A stretch of 64,000 nt of DNA from an uncultured virus (IMG/VR IMGVR_UViG_3300042691_048032) (Duplodnaviria; Heunggongvirae; Uroviricota; Caudoviricetes). Positions 1-9,279 of this stretch are shown piece after piece. Made by a program: the position numbers and the translations under genes. The stretch is from IMG/VR virus record IMGVR_UViG_3300042691_048032; one strand, given 5' to 3'. Positions within the stretch are counted from its first letter, which is position 1; each line of letters begins with the position of its first letter. The notes below the pieces were generated by a model. That model was given only the letters and a program-made list of their open reading frames with translations, searched no databases and was not told the origin of the DNA.

Positions 1-281
1 GTGTCGAGGCGCCGGTGCCACCACTCGATGGTGAAGTTGCCGGCCAGGCGGAAGTCGATCGAGGCCGGGATGCTCACGTACGTGTCCGGGCCGGAGGTGC
101 TGAAGCCGATGCTGCCGCCGGGATCCGTTGGGGTCGGCAGCGGGGTGTAGTTGTTGCCCGACGGCGGGGGCGGGGGCGTGACTTCTGCCGGGGTCCCGCT
201 GACGGTGACTCGGCCGATGCCGTTCCCGGGGGAGGCGTGAGCGATCCTGATGCCCGAGCCGTCGTCGACCCGGACACGCAT
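1..281 (-). CDS. LamG/ConA-like domain virion protein, N-terminal part (runs off the window edge)
   Basis: Manual translation MRVRVDDGSG...SIPASIDFRLAGNFTIEWWHRR; the FTIEWW motif is typical of LamG-like jelly rolls; TGATG coupling to the upstream gene. Confidence 0.6.
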   Translation of the reverse strand, partial: MRVRVDDGSGIRIAHASPGNGIGRVTVSGTPAEVTPPPPPSGNNYTPLPTPTDPGGSIGFSTSGPDTYVSIPASIDFRLAGNFTIEWWHRRLD

Positions 282-559
282 CAGGAGTACATCCTCATGA
301 CCGCGACGGTCGACTCGCCGCTCGAGACGGCGTAGAAGGGGGCGCTTCTCGACACGTTCTCGAACGATGCCACGGCACCCGGTGCGAGGCGGATCCCGTA
401 GGTCGTGTCGGACACGCCATTCGTGCCGATGTAGACGAGGGCCGTCGGGTCGATGTTCTGGACGCTGAAGCTGACCGAGTACTGGACTTCGTCGCCGTTG
501 TCGATCAGGATCTGGGTTGGTGTGCTGCTGAGGTTCACGTGGCCGTGCTGGATGTTCAT
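281..559 (-). CDS. small beta-rich hypothetical (probable virion protein)
   Basis: GGAGG RBS before MNIQHGH; SVQNID-x-x-x-x-VYIG...GIRLAPG pattern seen in small phage structural proteins. Confidence 0.6.
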   Translation of the reverse strand: MNIQHGHVNLSSTPTQILIDNGDEVQYSVSFSVQNIDPTALVYIGTNGVSDTTYGIRLAPGAVASFENVSRSAPFYAVSSGESTVAVMRMYS

Positions 560-645
560 GTCTGCCTCCGGGTCGAGGCCCATCATACATCGGCCCGCCC
601 GGCGGGAAGCCCCTGACCCCGCCAGGCCCGTGTATTCTTGACCGC

Positions 646-1566
646 ATGATCACACAACCGGACCTCGACAGGCTTGCGATGGCGGAGGCCGACGTGCAGG
701 CCCTGAGCAAGGAGGCCCGCCTCGCCCGCATGCACGAGTTGCTCGCCGAGAGTCACGCGCTCCTCGACTGGGGGATCGAGTCGATGATCACGGGGGAGGG
801 GAAGTCGCTGGCCGGCATCGCCGTCCTCTACTCGGGCGGCAACGACTCGACCTGCCTGGCCCACATCTTCCGGGGCCGTGCCGACGTGGCCATCCACGCG
901 AACACGACGATTGGCATCGAGGAGACCCGTGACTTCGTGCGAAAGACGTGCCGGGATTGGGGCCTCGAGCTCAGGGAGTACTACCCGCCGGCCGGGTCGA
1001 CATACAGGGAACTCGTCGTCGACCAGGGTTTCCCCGGCCCCGGACACCACTGGAAGATGTACCAGCGGCTCAAGGAGCGCTGCCTCCGCCAGGCCCGAGC
1101 CCAGATCGTGTCGAACCCGCGCAGGGAACGGGTCGTCTTCCTCGCCGGCCGTCGTCGAACCGAGTCGGCCCGCCGGGCCAGCGTCCCGGAGATGAGCCGG
1201 GAGGGGTCGGTCGTGTGGGTGTCGCCGCTCGTGAACTGGACGAAGACGGACCTGTACACCTACCGTGACTGGGCGGGCGACGTGCCGCGCAACCGGGTCT
1301 CCGACCTGATCCACATGTCCGGGGAGTGCCTCTGCGGGGCCTTCGCGCACAAGGACGAGCTGGCCGAGGTCGAGATGTTCTTCCCGGAGGTGGCGGCCCA
1401 GATCCGGGAACTCGAGGTCGAGGTCGCCGCCGCTGGACATCCGGAGAAGATCTGCAGGTGGGGCTGGGGCGCGACCGAGAAGCTGACCCCGGAGGAGATG
1501 AAGTCGGGCCCCCTCTGCTCGAGCTGCGAGTACCGGCAGGAAGTCACGGCCAGCGCGACCGACTGA
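646..1566 (+). CDS. phosphoadenosine phosphosulfate (PAPS) reductase family protein
   Basis: PP-loop SGGNDS, LKER, GRRRTESARR, SPLVNWT, SGECLCG and C-terminal CSSC. Confidence 0.85.
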   Translation: MITQPDLDRLAMAEADVQALSKEARLARMHELLAESHALLDWGIESMITGEGKSLAGIAVLYSGGNDSTCLAHIFRGRADVAIHANTTIGIEETRDFVRKTCRDWGLELREYYPPAGSTYRELVVDQGFPGPGHHWKMYQRLKERCLRQARAQIVSNPRRERVVFLAGRRRTESARRASVPEMSREGSVVWVSPLVNWTKTDLYTYRDWAGDVPRNRVSDLIHMSGECLCGAFAHKDELAEVEMFFPEVAAQIRELEVEVAAAGHPEKICRWGWGATEKLTPEEMKSGPLCSSCEYRQEVTASATD

Positions 1567-1576
1567 GCGTATCCGC

Positions 1577-2419
1577 TTAGTCCCGGGCACCGGATGCGGC
1601 GGCCCAGGCCGACGCCTTCGCCCGGACGACCCAGCCGCCCTCGTCGAGGGAGATGTCGGCCCTGTCTTCGGGGACGCCGGGCCTGTCCACGTCGAGCCAG
1701 CGGCACACCGTGACTAGCGCCGACCACGAGTCGAACGACCCCCCGGAGCGGGTCGCCCACGCGGCGGCGAGCGTGTCGAGGACGTCCCGACGGTTCTCCT
1801 CGCGCCGCTTCGTCTTCTCGCGGGCCGGGAACATCCCGGAACAGGCGTCGACGAATGACGCCGGGTCGAGACGGGTCCCCGACATTCGGTCGATCGAGCG
1901 CCTCGACCCCCCCGCCCACTCGGAGATCCACCCAGCAGTGTCGGCCCAGCCGCCGATGCGGGCCTCGAGGGTCGGCCCGTGCGGCCAGCTCCTGCCCGGC
2001 TTCGACCCGATCCGGACGAGCGCGCCGTCCTGCTCTGCGTAGGGAGTCACGGTCAGCCCGCCGCTGCCGGTGTGGGCCGAGGTGACCACGAGGCAGAAGG
2101 GTGGGTCGAGGGCGACCCTGGCCCAGAACCTCCGCCCGGCCCCGCACGGCCCGGAGCTGCTCACCTCGCCGCGGACCGCCCGGGCTATCTCCCCGGCGAT
2201 CCCCACGACCTCCCGGTTCTGCACCGGGTGCCATCTCGACCCGACGATGTCGAGCGCGCGCCCGCCGGCCATCACCACGTTCCTGCCCGGGACCTCGACG
2301 AGGCCCTCGGGGCCGAGGCCGAAGGCGGGGGACAGCGTGACATCCCAGTCGTGGGCGGGGTCGATGGCGGGCCCCGCCGACCCGGAGGAGAAGACCAGGG
2401 CCTCTGGTTCGCGCTTCAC
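1577..2419 (-). CDS. DUF932-like phage/plasmid protein
   Basis: DWDV...VPGRNVV...LDIVGSRWHPVQN...GRRFW...SAHTGSG pattern; start codon uncertain. Confidence 0.6.
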   Translation of the reverse strand: MKREPEALVFSSGSAGPAIDPAHDWDVTLSPAFGLGPEGLVEVPGRNVVMAGGRALDIVGSRWHPVQNREVVGIAGEIARAVRGEVSSSGPCGAGRRFWARVALDPPFCLVVTSAHTGSGGLTVTPYAEQDGALVRIGSKPGRSWPHGPTLEARIGGWADTAGWISEWAGGSRRSIDRMSGTRLDPASFVDACSGMFPAREKTKRREENRRDVLDTLAAAWATRSGGSFDSWSALVTVCRWLDVDRPGVPEDRADISLDEGGWVVRAKASAWAAASGARD

Positions 2420-2498
2420 CCGGTCGATGATACGGCCCCGGTGGAGGAACCGCGCACGGGCCTTGCGCCGGCCCCGCCGCCGTCGTACCATTCCGGGC

Positions 2499-2723
2499 GT
2501 GAACAGGCCCGCGGCGAACCCCAGAACCCACCGATGCTCCTCGACGCTCGACTACTCGGGCGTGGGCTCCGGCAAGATCCTCTGCACCGAGTGCGGCCGG
2601 GAGTGGCTGCTGATGGTCAAGGAGGGCCGCAACGGGGGCGAGTTCGCTAACTGGGTGCCGTCGCCGTGCCCCGGGTGCTCGAGGACGGGCGGTTACTGCT
2701 CGTGCCGGTCGAGGAAGTGGTGA
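2499..2723 (+). CDS. small Cys-rich (Zn-finger-like) hypothetical
   Basis: CTECG and CPGC motifs; TACCAT -10 element 7 nt upstream of GTG. Confidence 0.55.
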   Translation: MNRPAANPRTHRCSSTLDYSGVGSGKILCTECGREWLLMVKEGRNGGEFANWVPSPCPGCSRTGGYCSCRSRKW

Positions 2724-2992
2724 TGCACGTCGTCGTGCACGTGAAGGACCTGTTCGGGAGGCGCGAGCCGGCGTGCGCGTGGGACGACCACGAGTCACGG
2801 ACGCAGCTCGAGGCGGCCGACCGGGCGTGGAGGATCTGCAACGGGTTCTTCGGCAACCTCGCCGGCTGGGAACTCGAGGCCCGCGGCTCGTTCGACGCCG
2901 CCGCTCGGGGCCTGTCGATCGGCCCGGGCGACTTCGTCGAGGTCGACGGCGTCAGGTGGGTGTGCCGCCGCGTCGGCTTCGAGCGCGGCTAG
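2723..2992 (+). CDS. hypothetical protein (YodL-like GDxVxVDG motif)
   Basis: SIGPGDFVEVDGVRWVCRRVGF; TGATG coupling. Confidence 0.55.
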   Translation: MHVVVHVKDLFGRREPACAWDDHESRTQLEAADRAWRICNGFFGNLAGWELEARGSFDAAARGLSIGPGDFVEVDGVRWVCRRVGFERG

Positions 2993-3213
2993 GCGCCGAG
3001 GATCGAGAGCGCGAAGAGCACGCGCCCGGCCGGGTCGAGGCCCGCCGGCTCGAGGCCCATCTCGTCGACGATGATCGTGGCCATGTCGATCAGGTCGGCC
3101 TCCTGCTCGGCGATCTCCTCGGGCGTGACTCCCGAAGCGTCGAGGCTTGCCTCGAGCGACAGCTTCACCCGGCGGATGAGCTCGAGTCGGGTGCTTGGGT
3201 CGATTGGTTCCAT
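2989..3213 (-). CDS. hypothetical protein
   Basis: Good codon bias; leaderless start 7 nt below a TTGACA-17-TACCGT promoter. Confidence 0.65.
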   Translation of the reverse strand: MEPIDPSTRLELIRRVKLSLEASLDASGVTPEEIAEQEADLIDMATIIVDEMGLEPAGLDPAGRVLFALSILGA

Positions 3214-3220
3214 GCCGCCG

Positions 3221-3249
3221 ACGGTATCCGCTGGGCCGGGACGTGTCAA
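3221..3249 (-). promoter_or_regulatory. sigma-A-like promoter
   Basis: TTGACA-17 nt-TACCGT. Confidence 0.65.
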
Positions 3250-3286
3250 GCGGTCGCAACATCCTCGAGAAAGTTTGCGAATGGGC

Positions 3287-3316
3287 TTGACGCAACGCTG
3301 GCCGTGCGTGTAGGGT
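3287..3316 (+). promoter_or_regulatory. sigma-A-like promoter of ssb
   Basis: TTGACG-18 nt-TAGGGT. Confidence 0.6.
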
Positions 3317-3365
3317 CGGCATCCCTAACGGCGGGAGAACCCGTCCACGAGAGAAGGAGCCTGAC

Positions 3366-3860
3366 ATGGCGAATGGAATACAGACAACTATCGGCGGCAA
3401 CTTGACCGCCGACCCGGAACTCCAGGTCCTGGGGTCCGGCACACCGAAGCTGAGCTTCTCGGTCGCCGTCGAGCGGTCGTGGAAGAACGACAAGGGCGAG
3501 TGGGAGAACGAGACGTCCTTCGTCGACTGCATCGCGTGGCGACAGCTCGCCGACGACGCCGCCAACGTCCTCGAGAAGGGCATCAGGGTCATCGCCACGG
3601 GCCGCTTCGAGCAGCGCTTCTGGGACGACAAGGAGACCGGCAAGAAGCGGTCGAAGTGGGAGTTCGTCGTCGACGATGTCGCCGTCAGCACCAAAGTCCT
3701 CGAGTCGATCGTCCGCAAGCGCAAGAACGACGGCGATTCACGGGGCGATTCCCGCGGTGGCTCGTCCTCGGGCGACCGCCGCAACGCCGGCGGATCGTCG
3801 GGCGCGGCCCGTGCGGCCTCCGCCCGCCGTTCCTCGACGTCGGAAGAAGACGAGTGGTAG
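3366..3860 (+). CDS. ssb: single-stranded DNA-binding protein
   Basis: GNLTADPEL...SFVDCIAWRQLA...GRFEQR OB fold, Gly-rich linker, acidic tail; AAGGAG RBS. Confidence 0.95.
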   Translation: MANGIQTTIGGNLTADPELQVLGSGTPKLSFSVAVERSWKNDKGEWENETSFVDCIAWRQLADDAANVLEKGIRVIATGRFEQRFWDDKETGKKRSKWEFVVDDVAVSTKVLESIVRKRKNDGDSRGDSRGGSSSGDRRNAGGSSGAARAASARRSSTSEEDEW

Positions 3861-3998
3861 AATCCGCCCGCACCTAGACAAAGGTCGTCGCGCCTCGCCA
3901 CCCCCCGGCAGGCGCGGCTAGGAAACCCCGGTCGCGCGTCGCTCCTCCTTGGGACGCTGCGGCCGGGGTCTTCCGCTTTCGGGGGGAGGAGGAACGAC

Positions 3999-4334
3999 AT
4001 GGACAGGAAAGACCTACCCGACGGCCTCGAGATCGCCATCCGGGCCGGCGAGGTTGACCCGGACGAGTTCGAGCGGGCCGGGTATCCCGCGCTGAGGGAC
4101 TGGATCAACGGCGTGACCGCCGACCCGCCCGAGGATCTCGCCGAGTGGGTCGAGGCCCGACGGCGCCTGGGCGAGGAGTCCGCGCTGCTGGCGGAGGACC
4201 TCGAGCGCCCGCACTACGAGGCCGGCACCTTCCCTCGCTGGTGGGGTTGCCGCTGGCACCGCCTGCTCAGGCAACCGTGGGCCGAGGACGCCGAGTGGGC
4301 CGTCGCCGAGGCGAGGGCCGTCGAGGCCGACTGA
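3999..4334 (+). CDS. hypothetical protein
   Basis: GGAGGAGG RBS, coding bias. Confidence 0.7.
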   Translation: MDRKDLPDGLEIAIRAGEVDPDEFERAGYPALRDWINGVTADPPEDLAEWVEARRRLGEESALLAEDLERPHYEAGTFPRWWGCRWHRLLRQPWAEDAEWAVAEARAVEAD

Positions 4335-4777
4335 TGCCGTTCCTCCGGGGCGACCCGTGGAAGACGGGCGGCTACGGGACGACGGTCTGGCACAACCCGC
4401 TCGACTGCGGACACGTGCTGTCCCGGAAGAGGAGGCTGCCACCCGGGATCGAGGTCGACTGCCCGGAGTGCGACGAAGACAGCGAGACACGGGCCGCCCT
4501 GGAGGCCATGCCCGACCCGTCCGTGACTCCCGTCCTCGCCGCTGACAACACGGCGATCCTCCCCGGCTACGCGAACCCGGACGTTGACCCGGTGTCGTCG
4601 GCGCTCGAGTGGGCCGCGTTCTCGAGGGCCGCCATCGCGCACGGCCTCGGCCTCGACCCGGAGCAGGTCGACGTCGTGGCCGGGGATGCGGGCATCGAGG
4701 GCGGGATCGTGGTTCTCGGCCCGTCCGACGTGATCAACCTGGTCGACAAGTTGACACGGGGTAGGCGACAGGGTTAG
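4334..4777 (+). CDS. hypothetical protein with CGH...CPEC motif
   Basis: TGATG coupling; MPFLRGDPWK start. Confidence 0.65.
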   Translation: MPFLRGDPWKTGGYGTTVWHNPLDCGHVLSRKRRLPPGIEVDCPECDEDSETRAALEAMPDPSVTPVLAADNTAILPGYANPDVDPVSSALEWAAFSRAAIAHGLGLDPEQVDVVAGDAGIEGGIVVLGPSDVINLVDKLTRGRRQG

Positions 4778-4780
4778 CAT
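4751..4780 (+). promoter_or_regulatory. sigma-A-like promoter
   Basis: TTGACA-18 nt-TAGCAT. Confidence 0.65.
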
Positions 4781-4835
4781 CGTCGCACCGCCGAGCCTCG
4801 GCCCGGCGTTTACCACTATCTACAAGGAGAAAACG

Positions 4836-5309
4836 ATGGCGCCGAACGACATCGACGAGGAGTACAAAGAGGGCATAGCCGCCCTCATCGACAGGCACGA
4901 CGGCAACGCCTCGGCGGCGCTGGTCGACCCGGACTGGGTCCTGGTGTCCGAGAGGGCGCGGGCCCGCTACGTGCTGTTGCAGAACCCGGGGGTCGACCCG
5001 GAGAAGCTGTTCGCCACCTACGCGGTCGACAGGCGGGTCCGGGCGGAGATGCTCGGCCACGAGCCGGCCGCACCGTCACGCAAGAGGAAGGACGCGTACA
5101 AGGCGCTGATCTCCGAGTGGGCGGTGTCGAACACCGGGGCCGTGGTGACGGCGGCCGAGCTGGCGGCCATCGGCGAGACGTCGACGTCGACGGCCCGGGC
5201 GTTCACCGTCGAGAGGCCAGACCTGTTCTGGCCGGCGAAGAAGAAGGGTTCGTACGAGGTGCGCGACCCGAAGGCAGATCGAGAAGCAGAGAAGGGAAAG
5301 AAGCAATGA
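4836..5309 (+). CDS. hypothetical protein, possible C-terminal winged helix
   Basis: AAGGAG RBS; VTAAELAAIGETSTSTAR...KKGSYEV. Confidence 0.65.
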   Translation: MAPNDIDEEYKEGIAALIDRHDGNASAALVDPDWVLVSERARARYVLLQNPGVDPEKLFATYAVDRRVRAEMLGHEPAAPSRKRKDAYKALISEWAVSNTGAVVTAAELAAIGETSTSTARAFTVERPDLFWPAKKKGSYEVRDPKADREAEKGKKQ

Positions 5310-6082
5310 CCACATCGACGAACGAAGACGCGGTCTCCAGGAACGAGGCGATGGCCTCGCTGTACCTGGCCGGCAGGACGCTGCAGGAGATCGGGGACGC
5401 CCACGGCGTGACCCGCGAGCGGGTGAGGCAGATCCTCGCGTCCCAGGGCGTGTCCCGCCGGCGACCCCTCGACCAGGCCCGCCGCTCGAGGGAGACCGCC
5501 GCCTCGGCCCACGGGGACGCCATCCTCGCCGAGTTCCGTCGCACCCTCAGCATCAGGGACACCGTGGCCGCGTTCTCCGGGGTCGTCCCCGCCCGCGTCG
5601 TCCGCGACGTGCTGCGCCCGGTCGCCCACAGCCAAGTCCTTACCCGCCGCGGTTCGGACAAGGAGTTCTCGGACGACGACCTCGCCAAGGCGATCCTCGA
5701 GGCGGAGCGCGCCGGGCACACGAGCGTCGTCAAGTACAGCCAGTGGAGGGCCGCCCAGGAGAAGAGGGGCCGTCGCATCCCGTCCGTCGCGACGATCACG
5801 GTGCGTCACGGCTCGTGGTCAAACGCCCGCCGCCACGCCGGGGCCGGCGTGGTCGCCGAGCGGGCCTCGGCGTCGTGCCGGGTCTTCAGCGACGAGGAGA
5901 TCCTCGGGGCCGTCGACAGGTTCGTCCGGGCGACCCGATCCGTCGGCTCGGCCCCCACCACCAGGCGGTACGACGAGTGGTCGAGGAGGGTCGGCGGCGT
6001 GCCGTTGCTCTCGACCGTACGTGCGAGGTCCGGCCGCTCGTGGTCATCCTTGACACGGGATGCCGTGTCGCGTTACCCTTGA
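5306..6082 (+). CDS. HTH (sigma-70 region 4-like) protein with two homing-endonuclease-associated repeats
   Basis: RTLQEIGDAHGVTRERVRQI; two FSD(D/E)-x-L...Y-x-x-W...P-x-x-x-T...SWS repeats. Confidence 0.75.
   Translation: MTTSTNEDAVSRNEAMASLYLAGRTLQEIGDAHGVTRERVRQILASQGVSRRRPLDQARRSRETAASAHGDAILAEFRRTLSIRDTVAAFSGVVPARVVRDVLRPVAHSQVLTRRGSDKEFSDDDLAKAILEAERAGHTSVVKYSQWRAAQEKRGRRIPSVATITVRHGSWSNARRHAGAGVVAERASASCRVFSDEEILGAVDRFVRATRSVGSAPTTRRYDEWSRRVGGVPLLSTVRARSGRSWSSLTRDAVSRYP
6050..6079 (+). promoter_or_regulatory. sigma-A-like promoter
   Basis: TTGACA-18 nt-TACCCT. Confidence 0.6.
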
Positions 6083-6119
6083 TCCCCTTACCACTACCCA
6101 TACAGCCAAGGAGGCAGAG

Positions 6120-6653
6120 ATGACGAAGAACAAGAGATCGGGCGAAGGCCCGAGCATAATGGTGAGCACCCGTTGGGAGGCCGCCCGCTGGTGCCATTCC
6201 TACGACCACGTCCTCACGGTGTTCTCGCCGTGGTGGCACTGCGACTGGGGCCACCACGACCACAAGATCGTCGAGTTCCAAGACCGCTACCGCTACGAAG
6301 AGGGCGCGCCGACGCTCGGGCAGATCGCCGACATCCTCGAGTGGGCGGAGCCGCGCCTCGGCGGGTCGACCCTCGTCCACTGCAAGGCGGGCCAGTCCCG
6401 GTCGACCGCCGTGGCCATCGCCATGAGCGCGATGGCGGGCATGACCGAGAGCGAGGCGTTCGACCACGTGTACCTGCGTTGCCGGCCTGGCGAGAAGGTG
6501 GGGGAGCGCCCGTTCATCCCGAACCGGCGCGTCCTTGAGCACGCGGACCGCATCCTCGGCACGTCCCTCGCGTCCGAGGCCTGGAGCGCGGACGAGACGA
6601 AGGAACCCGAGTGGCTCGCAGGGTACGCCGACCTGCTGGAGGTGGAGCGGTGA
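6120..6653 (+). CDS. protein tyrosine/dual-specificity phosphatase family
   Basis: VHCKAGQSRS (HCX5R) catalytic loop, PN-x-x-V motif; AAGGAGG RBS. Confidence 0.85.
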   Translation: MTKNKRSGEGPSIMVSTRWEAARWCHSYDHVLTVFSPWWHCDWGHHDHKIVEFQDRYRYEEGAPTLGQIADILEWAEPRLGGSTLVHCKAGQSRSTAVAIAMSAMAGMTESEAFDHVYLRCRPGEKVGERPFIPNRRVLEHADRILGTSLASEAWSADETKEPEWLAGYADLLEVER

Positions 6654-6889
6654 ACGAGATGGATCTCTCCCTCGAGGAGTACGACATGTGGCGTTCCGTC
6701 ACCCGGCACAAGCAGCTCGAGATGGCCCGCGACCTCGTGGGACACCTGCGGGGCATCGTCCCCGGCATCCCCGCCGACGTCGACGAGATGGTCCTTCTCG
6801 ACGCGCTCGGTTGTGCGGGGTTGTCCCTGATCGTCGGCGAGTACGCCTCGGAGACGTTCGTCAAGATCATGGGCGGGGGCAGGCCATGA
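6650..6889 (+). CDS. hypothetical protein
   Basis: GTGA coupling, coding bias. Confidence 0.65.
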   Translation: MNEMDLSLEEYDMWRSVTRHKQLEMARDLVGHLRGIVPGIPADVDEMVLLDALGCAGLSLIVGEYASETFVKIMGGGRP

Positions 6890-7176
6890 CCGCGCCCAGG
6901 GGTGACTGGCGTGACTCGGCGGCGTGCCTCAGGTCGGGGCTCGACTTCTACCCGGCCGCGACCGGGGCCGGCAACAAGCACACCCGGCTGACCGTGAAGA
7001 CCGCGCTGAAGCGCTGCTTCGCCTGCCCGGTGCGCCTCGACTGCCTCAGGTGGGCCGTCGAGAACAAGGAGTACTACGGAATCTGGGGTGGCACCACGGA
7101 GAGGGAGCGCCGTGCGATGATCGAGAACGGCATCACGGCCGACGACGTTGTTAGCATCGTCGTCCCTGAGGGGTGA
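6886..7176 (+). CDS. whiB: WhiB family transcriptional regulator
   Basis: WRDSAAC...CFACPVRLDC...GIWGGTTERERR. Confidence 0.95.
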   Translation: MTAPRGDWRDSAACLRSGLDFYPAATGAGNKHTRLTVKTALKRCFACPVRLDCLRWAVENKEYYGIWGGTTERERRAMIENGITADDVVSIVVPEG

Positions 7177-7189
7177 AGGAGCGTGGACG

Positions 7190-7435
7190 ATGGATGGCGT
7201 GGCGACGAAACAGGCGGTGGCGAGGGCGGTCGGCGCCCCGTCAACGTCCGATGCGGCGATGTCTGGCTGGGTGTACCTCCCGGGGGAACACTCTCGGGCG
7301 CGCCGAGTCCTCGAGGCCGGGGACAGGCTCCGCGAGATACTGGAGGCGCGGCCGCTGTTGGTCGACGGGCACGGGTTGAGGGTCGCGCTCGACGAGTGGT
7401 CGGCTGCCTGCGATGGATGGCGGGCCGAGTCGTGA
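7190..7435 (+). CDS. hypothetical protein
   Basis: AAGGAG RBS, fills the operon gap. Confidence 0.5.
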   Translation: MDGVATKQAVARAVGAPSTSDAAMSGWVYLPGEHSRARRVLEAGDRLREILEARPLLVDGHGLRVALDEWSAACDGWRAES

Positions 7436-7623
7436 TGGCGATGGTCGTGTTCCTCGCCGTCCTCGGCGCGCTGTTCTCCGCGCTGTTCGTGCTGATGGCC
7501 CGCTTCTTCGAGGACACCAACGGGGAGGTCTCCGCCGGTAGGAGGGACATCCGGGAGGGCGACGACGAGCTGCTGAAGATGGTCGTCGACTGGGGGTCCA
7601 AGAAGGACGGGGGGATGCTGTGA
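7435..7623 (+). CDS. small membrane protein
   Basis: N-terminal hydrophobic helix; TGATG coupling. Confidence 0.6.
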   Translation: MAMVVFLAVLGALFSALFVLMARFFEDTNGEVSAGRRDIREGDDELLKMVVDWGSKKDGGML

Positions 7624-7799
7624 GTCACGGCGACGCGAGGTACGAGCGGGTCGACTTCCTCCGGGCGGAGAACGCCGTCCAGCTCGTCGAGGCCCTGTCC
7701 CGGCAGATCGAGGACCCGGAACTGCTCGGGTCGCTGCTGTCGAGGCTGACCGAGGCCGCCGAGGAGGTCTCGTACCGGGCGTCGAGGGGGCGGGCGTGA
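7620..7799 (+). CDS. hypothetical 59-aa protein (not in the ORF track)
   Basis: Manual translation VSHGDARYERVDFLRAENAVQL...; GTGA overlaps at both ends. Confidence 0.6.
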   Translation: MSHGDARYERVDFLRAENAVQLVEALSRQIEDPELLGSLLSRLTEAAEEVSYRASRGRA

Positions 7800-8170
7800 G
7801 CGCGGGCGAGCGGGCGGGCATCCTCGCCGAGGCGGCGGGCCTGGTCAACGGCGACCGCAACGGCACCTACGGGGAGCCGTACGACGACTACCGCAAGGTC
7901 TCGGGCATGTGGAACGCCTACATCGAGGGCGTGATGGCCCGGAGGGCGGCCGAGGGCAACCTCGGCCTGTCCGACCTGCTCGAGCCGCACGACGCGATCG
8001 CCATGATGGTCCTCCTGAAGGTCGCCCGGATCGCGAACTCGCCGGGCCACAGGGACAACTGGGTCGACATCGCCGGGTACGCGGCGTGCGGGTGGGACGC
8101 GTGGAAGGGTCTCGACGGCGGACGCCAGGCCGAGGCGGCGTCGGAGTGGCTCGCCGGGAACGAGCCGTGA
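7796..8170 (+). CDS. DUF6378-like protein
   Basis: ILAEAAGLVNGDRNGTYG...MVLLKVAR...HRDNWVDIAGYAA. Confidence 0.85.
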   Translation: MSAGERAGILAEAAGLVNGDRNGTYGEPYDDYRKVSGMWNAYIEGVMARRAAEGNLGLSDLLEPHDAIAMMVLLKVARIANSPGHRDNWVDIAGYAACGWDAWKGLDGGRQAEAASEWLAGNEP

Positions 8171-8182
8171 CCCGGGGCGGGA

Positions 8183-8389
8183 ATGGGCTGCACGCTTGAC
8201 ATCGTGGCCCTCGCCGCACGGGCCGTCGAGGCCGGCGGGGCCGTCACCATCGAGGGGATCTCCCAGTCGTGGGGGCGGAGCTACGGGTCGACGCAGCGCA
8301 TCGTCAGGCACGCCGTCGCCCTCGGGTGGCTGGAGCCGTCGACGTTCGTGCCGACCGCCTCGGGGCTGGAGGCGTGCGGGAGGATCTGA
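8183..8389 (+). CDS. small winged-helix-like protein
   Basis: VTIEGISQSWGRSYGSTQRIVRHAVALGWL. Confidence 0.45.
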   Translation: MGCTLDIVALAARAVEAGGAVTIEGISQSWGRSYGSTQRIVRHAVALGWLEPSTFVPTASGLEACGRI

Positions 8390-8425
8390 CCGCCCCGCTT
8401 GCCGGCCCCGGTGTACCATCGTGCA

Positions 8426-8587
8426 ATGGGCAAGAAGAAGTCCGGGTCAGGCTCGGGAGGCAGGAAGAGACTCAACCCCGTCACGGGGAAGGTCGAGGAG
8501 GTCGCCGGCACCAAGGCCGGCAAGAAGCGCGTCCGTGAGGCACCAGGCTCCCCGCTGAGGACCCACGACCGCGGCGGCAGGGCGTGA
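8426..8587 (+). CDS. small basic protein
   Basis: MGKKKSGSG...; TACCAT -10 element 6 nt upstream (leaderless). Confidence 0.55.
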   Translation: MGKKKSGSGSGGRKRLNPVTGKVEEVAGTKAGKKRVREAPGSPLRTHDRGGRA

Positions 8588-9159
8588 GCGCCCACCCCGT
8601 CGACATGGCCTACGCCGTCCTCAGGGCGGTCAAGGAGACCAAGGAGGACTCGGTGTCCGAGATGGGCGTGGGGACGGACATCCTCCCCTCGGTGTTCTGC
8701 TTCGACGAGGATGGCAGGGTCCTGTCCTACGCGATCCTGTTCACCCCCGGCGAGGGTCGCAGCGTCAACGTCGCCATCCTCGAGGCCGTCGCCGTCATGA
8801 GGAAGTCGTGGGGCTGCCACGCCGCCGTCTGGGCCCAGGAGAGCTACACCTCCCCGCCGACGGACGACAAGCGGCCCCTGGCGGAGAGGTTCCCGACCGA
8901 CCCCGAGGTGCGGGAGTGCATCACCTGCCTGTGCGTCACGGTCGACGGGGACGCCGCCTACATCGTCCAGCCCTACCGGGTGACCGTCCCCCGCCGGGTC
9001 GAGTGGCTGGAGTCCCGCGCCGGCGTCGGGCCGGCGGACGACCACGACGTCGCCGACCTCGCGCACCGCATCATGGGCCGCATCCCCGTCAGGCGGGATC
9101 CCGCCGACGGCGTCGAGGCACTCATGGAACTCGGGTTCGTCGCCATGCAGGGCGACTGA
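8584..9159 (+). CDS. hypothetical protein
   Basis: GTGA coupling, strong coding bias. Confidence 0.7.
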   Translation: MSAHPVDMAYAVLRAVKETKEDSVSEMGVGTDILPSVFCFDEDGRVLSYAILFTPGEGRSVNVAILEAVAVMRKSWGCHAAVWAQESYTSPPTDDKRPLAERFPTDPEVRECITCLCVTVDGDAAYIVQPYRVTVPRRVEWLESRAGVGPADDHDVADLAHRIMGRIPVRRDPADGVEALMELGFVAMQGD

Positions 9160-9163
9160 CGCC

Positions 9164-9259
9164 CTAGCCCCGACGGTTCCTGTCGTCCCGCCTGATCGCC
9201 ATCGGGGCGACGACGAAGATCACGATGGACGCCACGAGGATCACCGCCGTCTCGAACAC
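9164..9259 (-). CDS. possible 31-aa membrane peptide downstream of the tRNA
   Basis: VFETAVILVASIVIFVVAPMAIRRDDRNRRG; GAGGGG upstream. Confidence 0.3.
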   Translation of the reverse strand: MFETAVILVASIVIFVVAPMAIRRDDRNRRG

Positions 9260-9279
9260 GGGTACACAGTACCCCCTCG

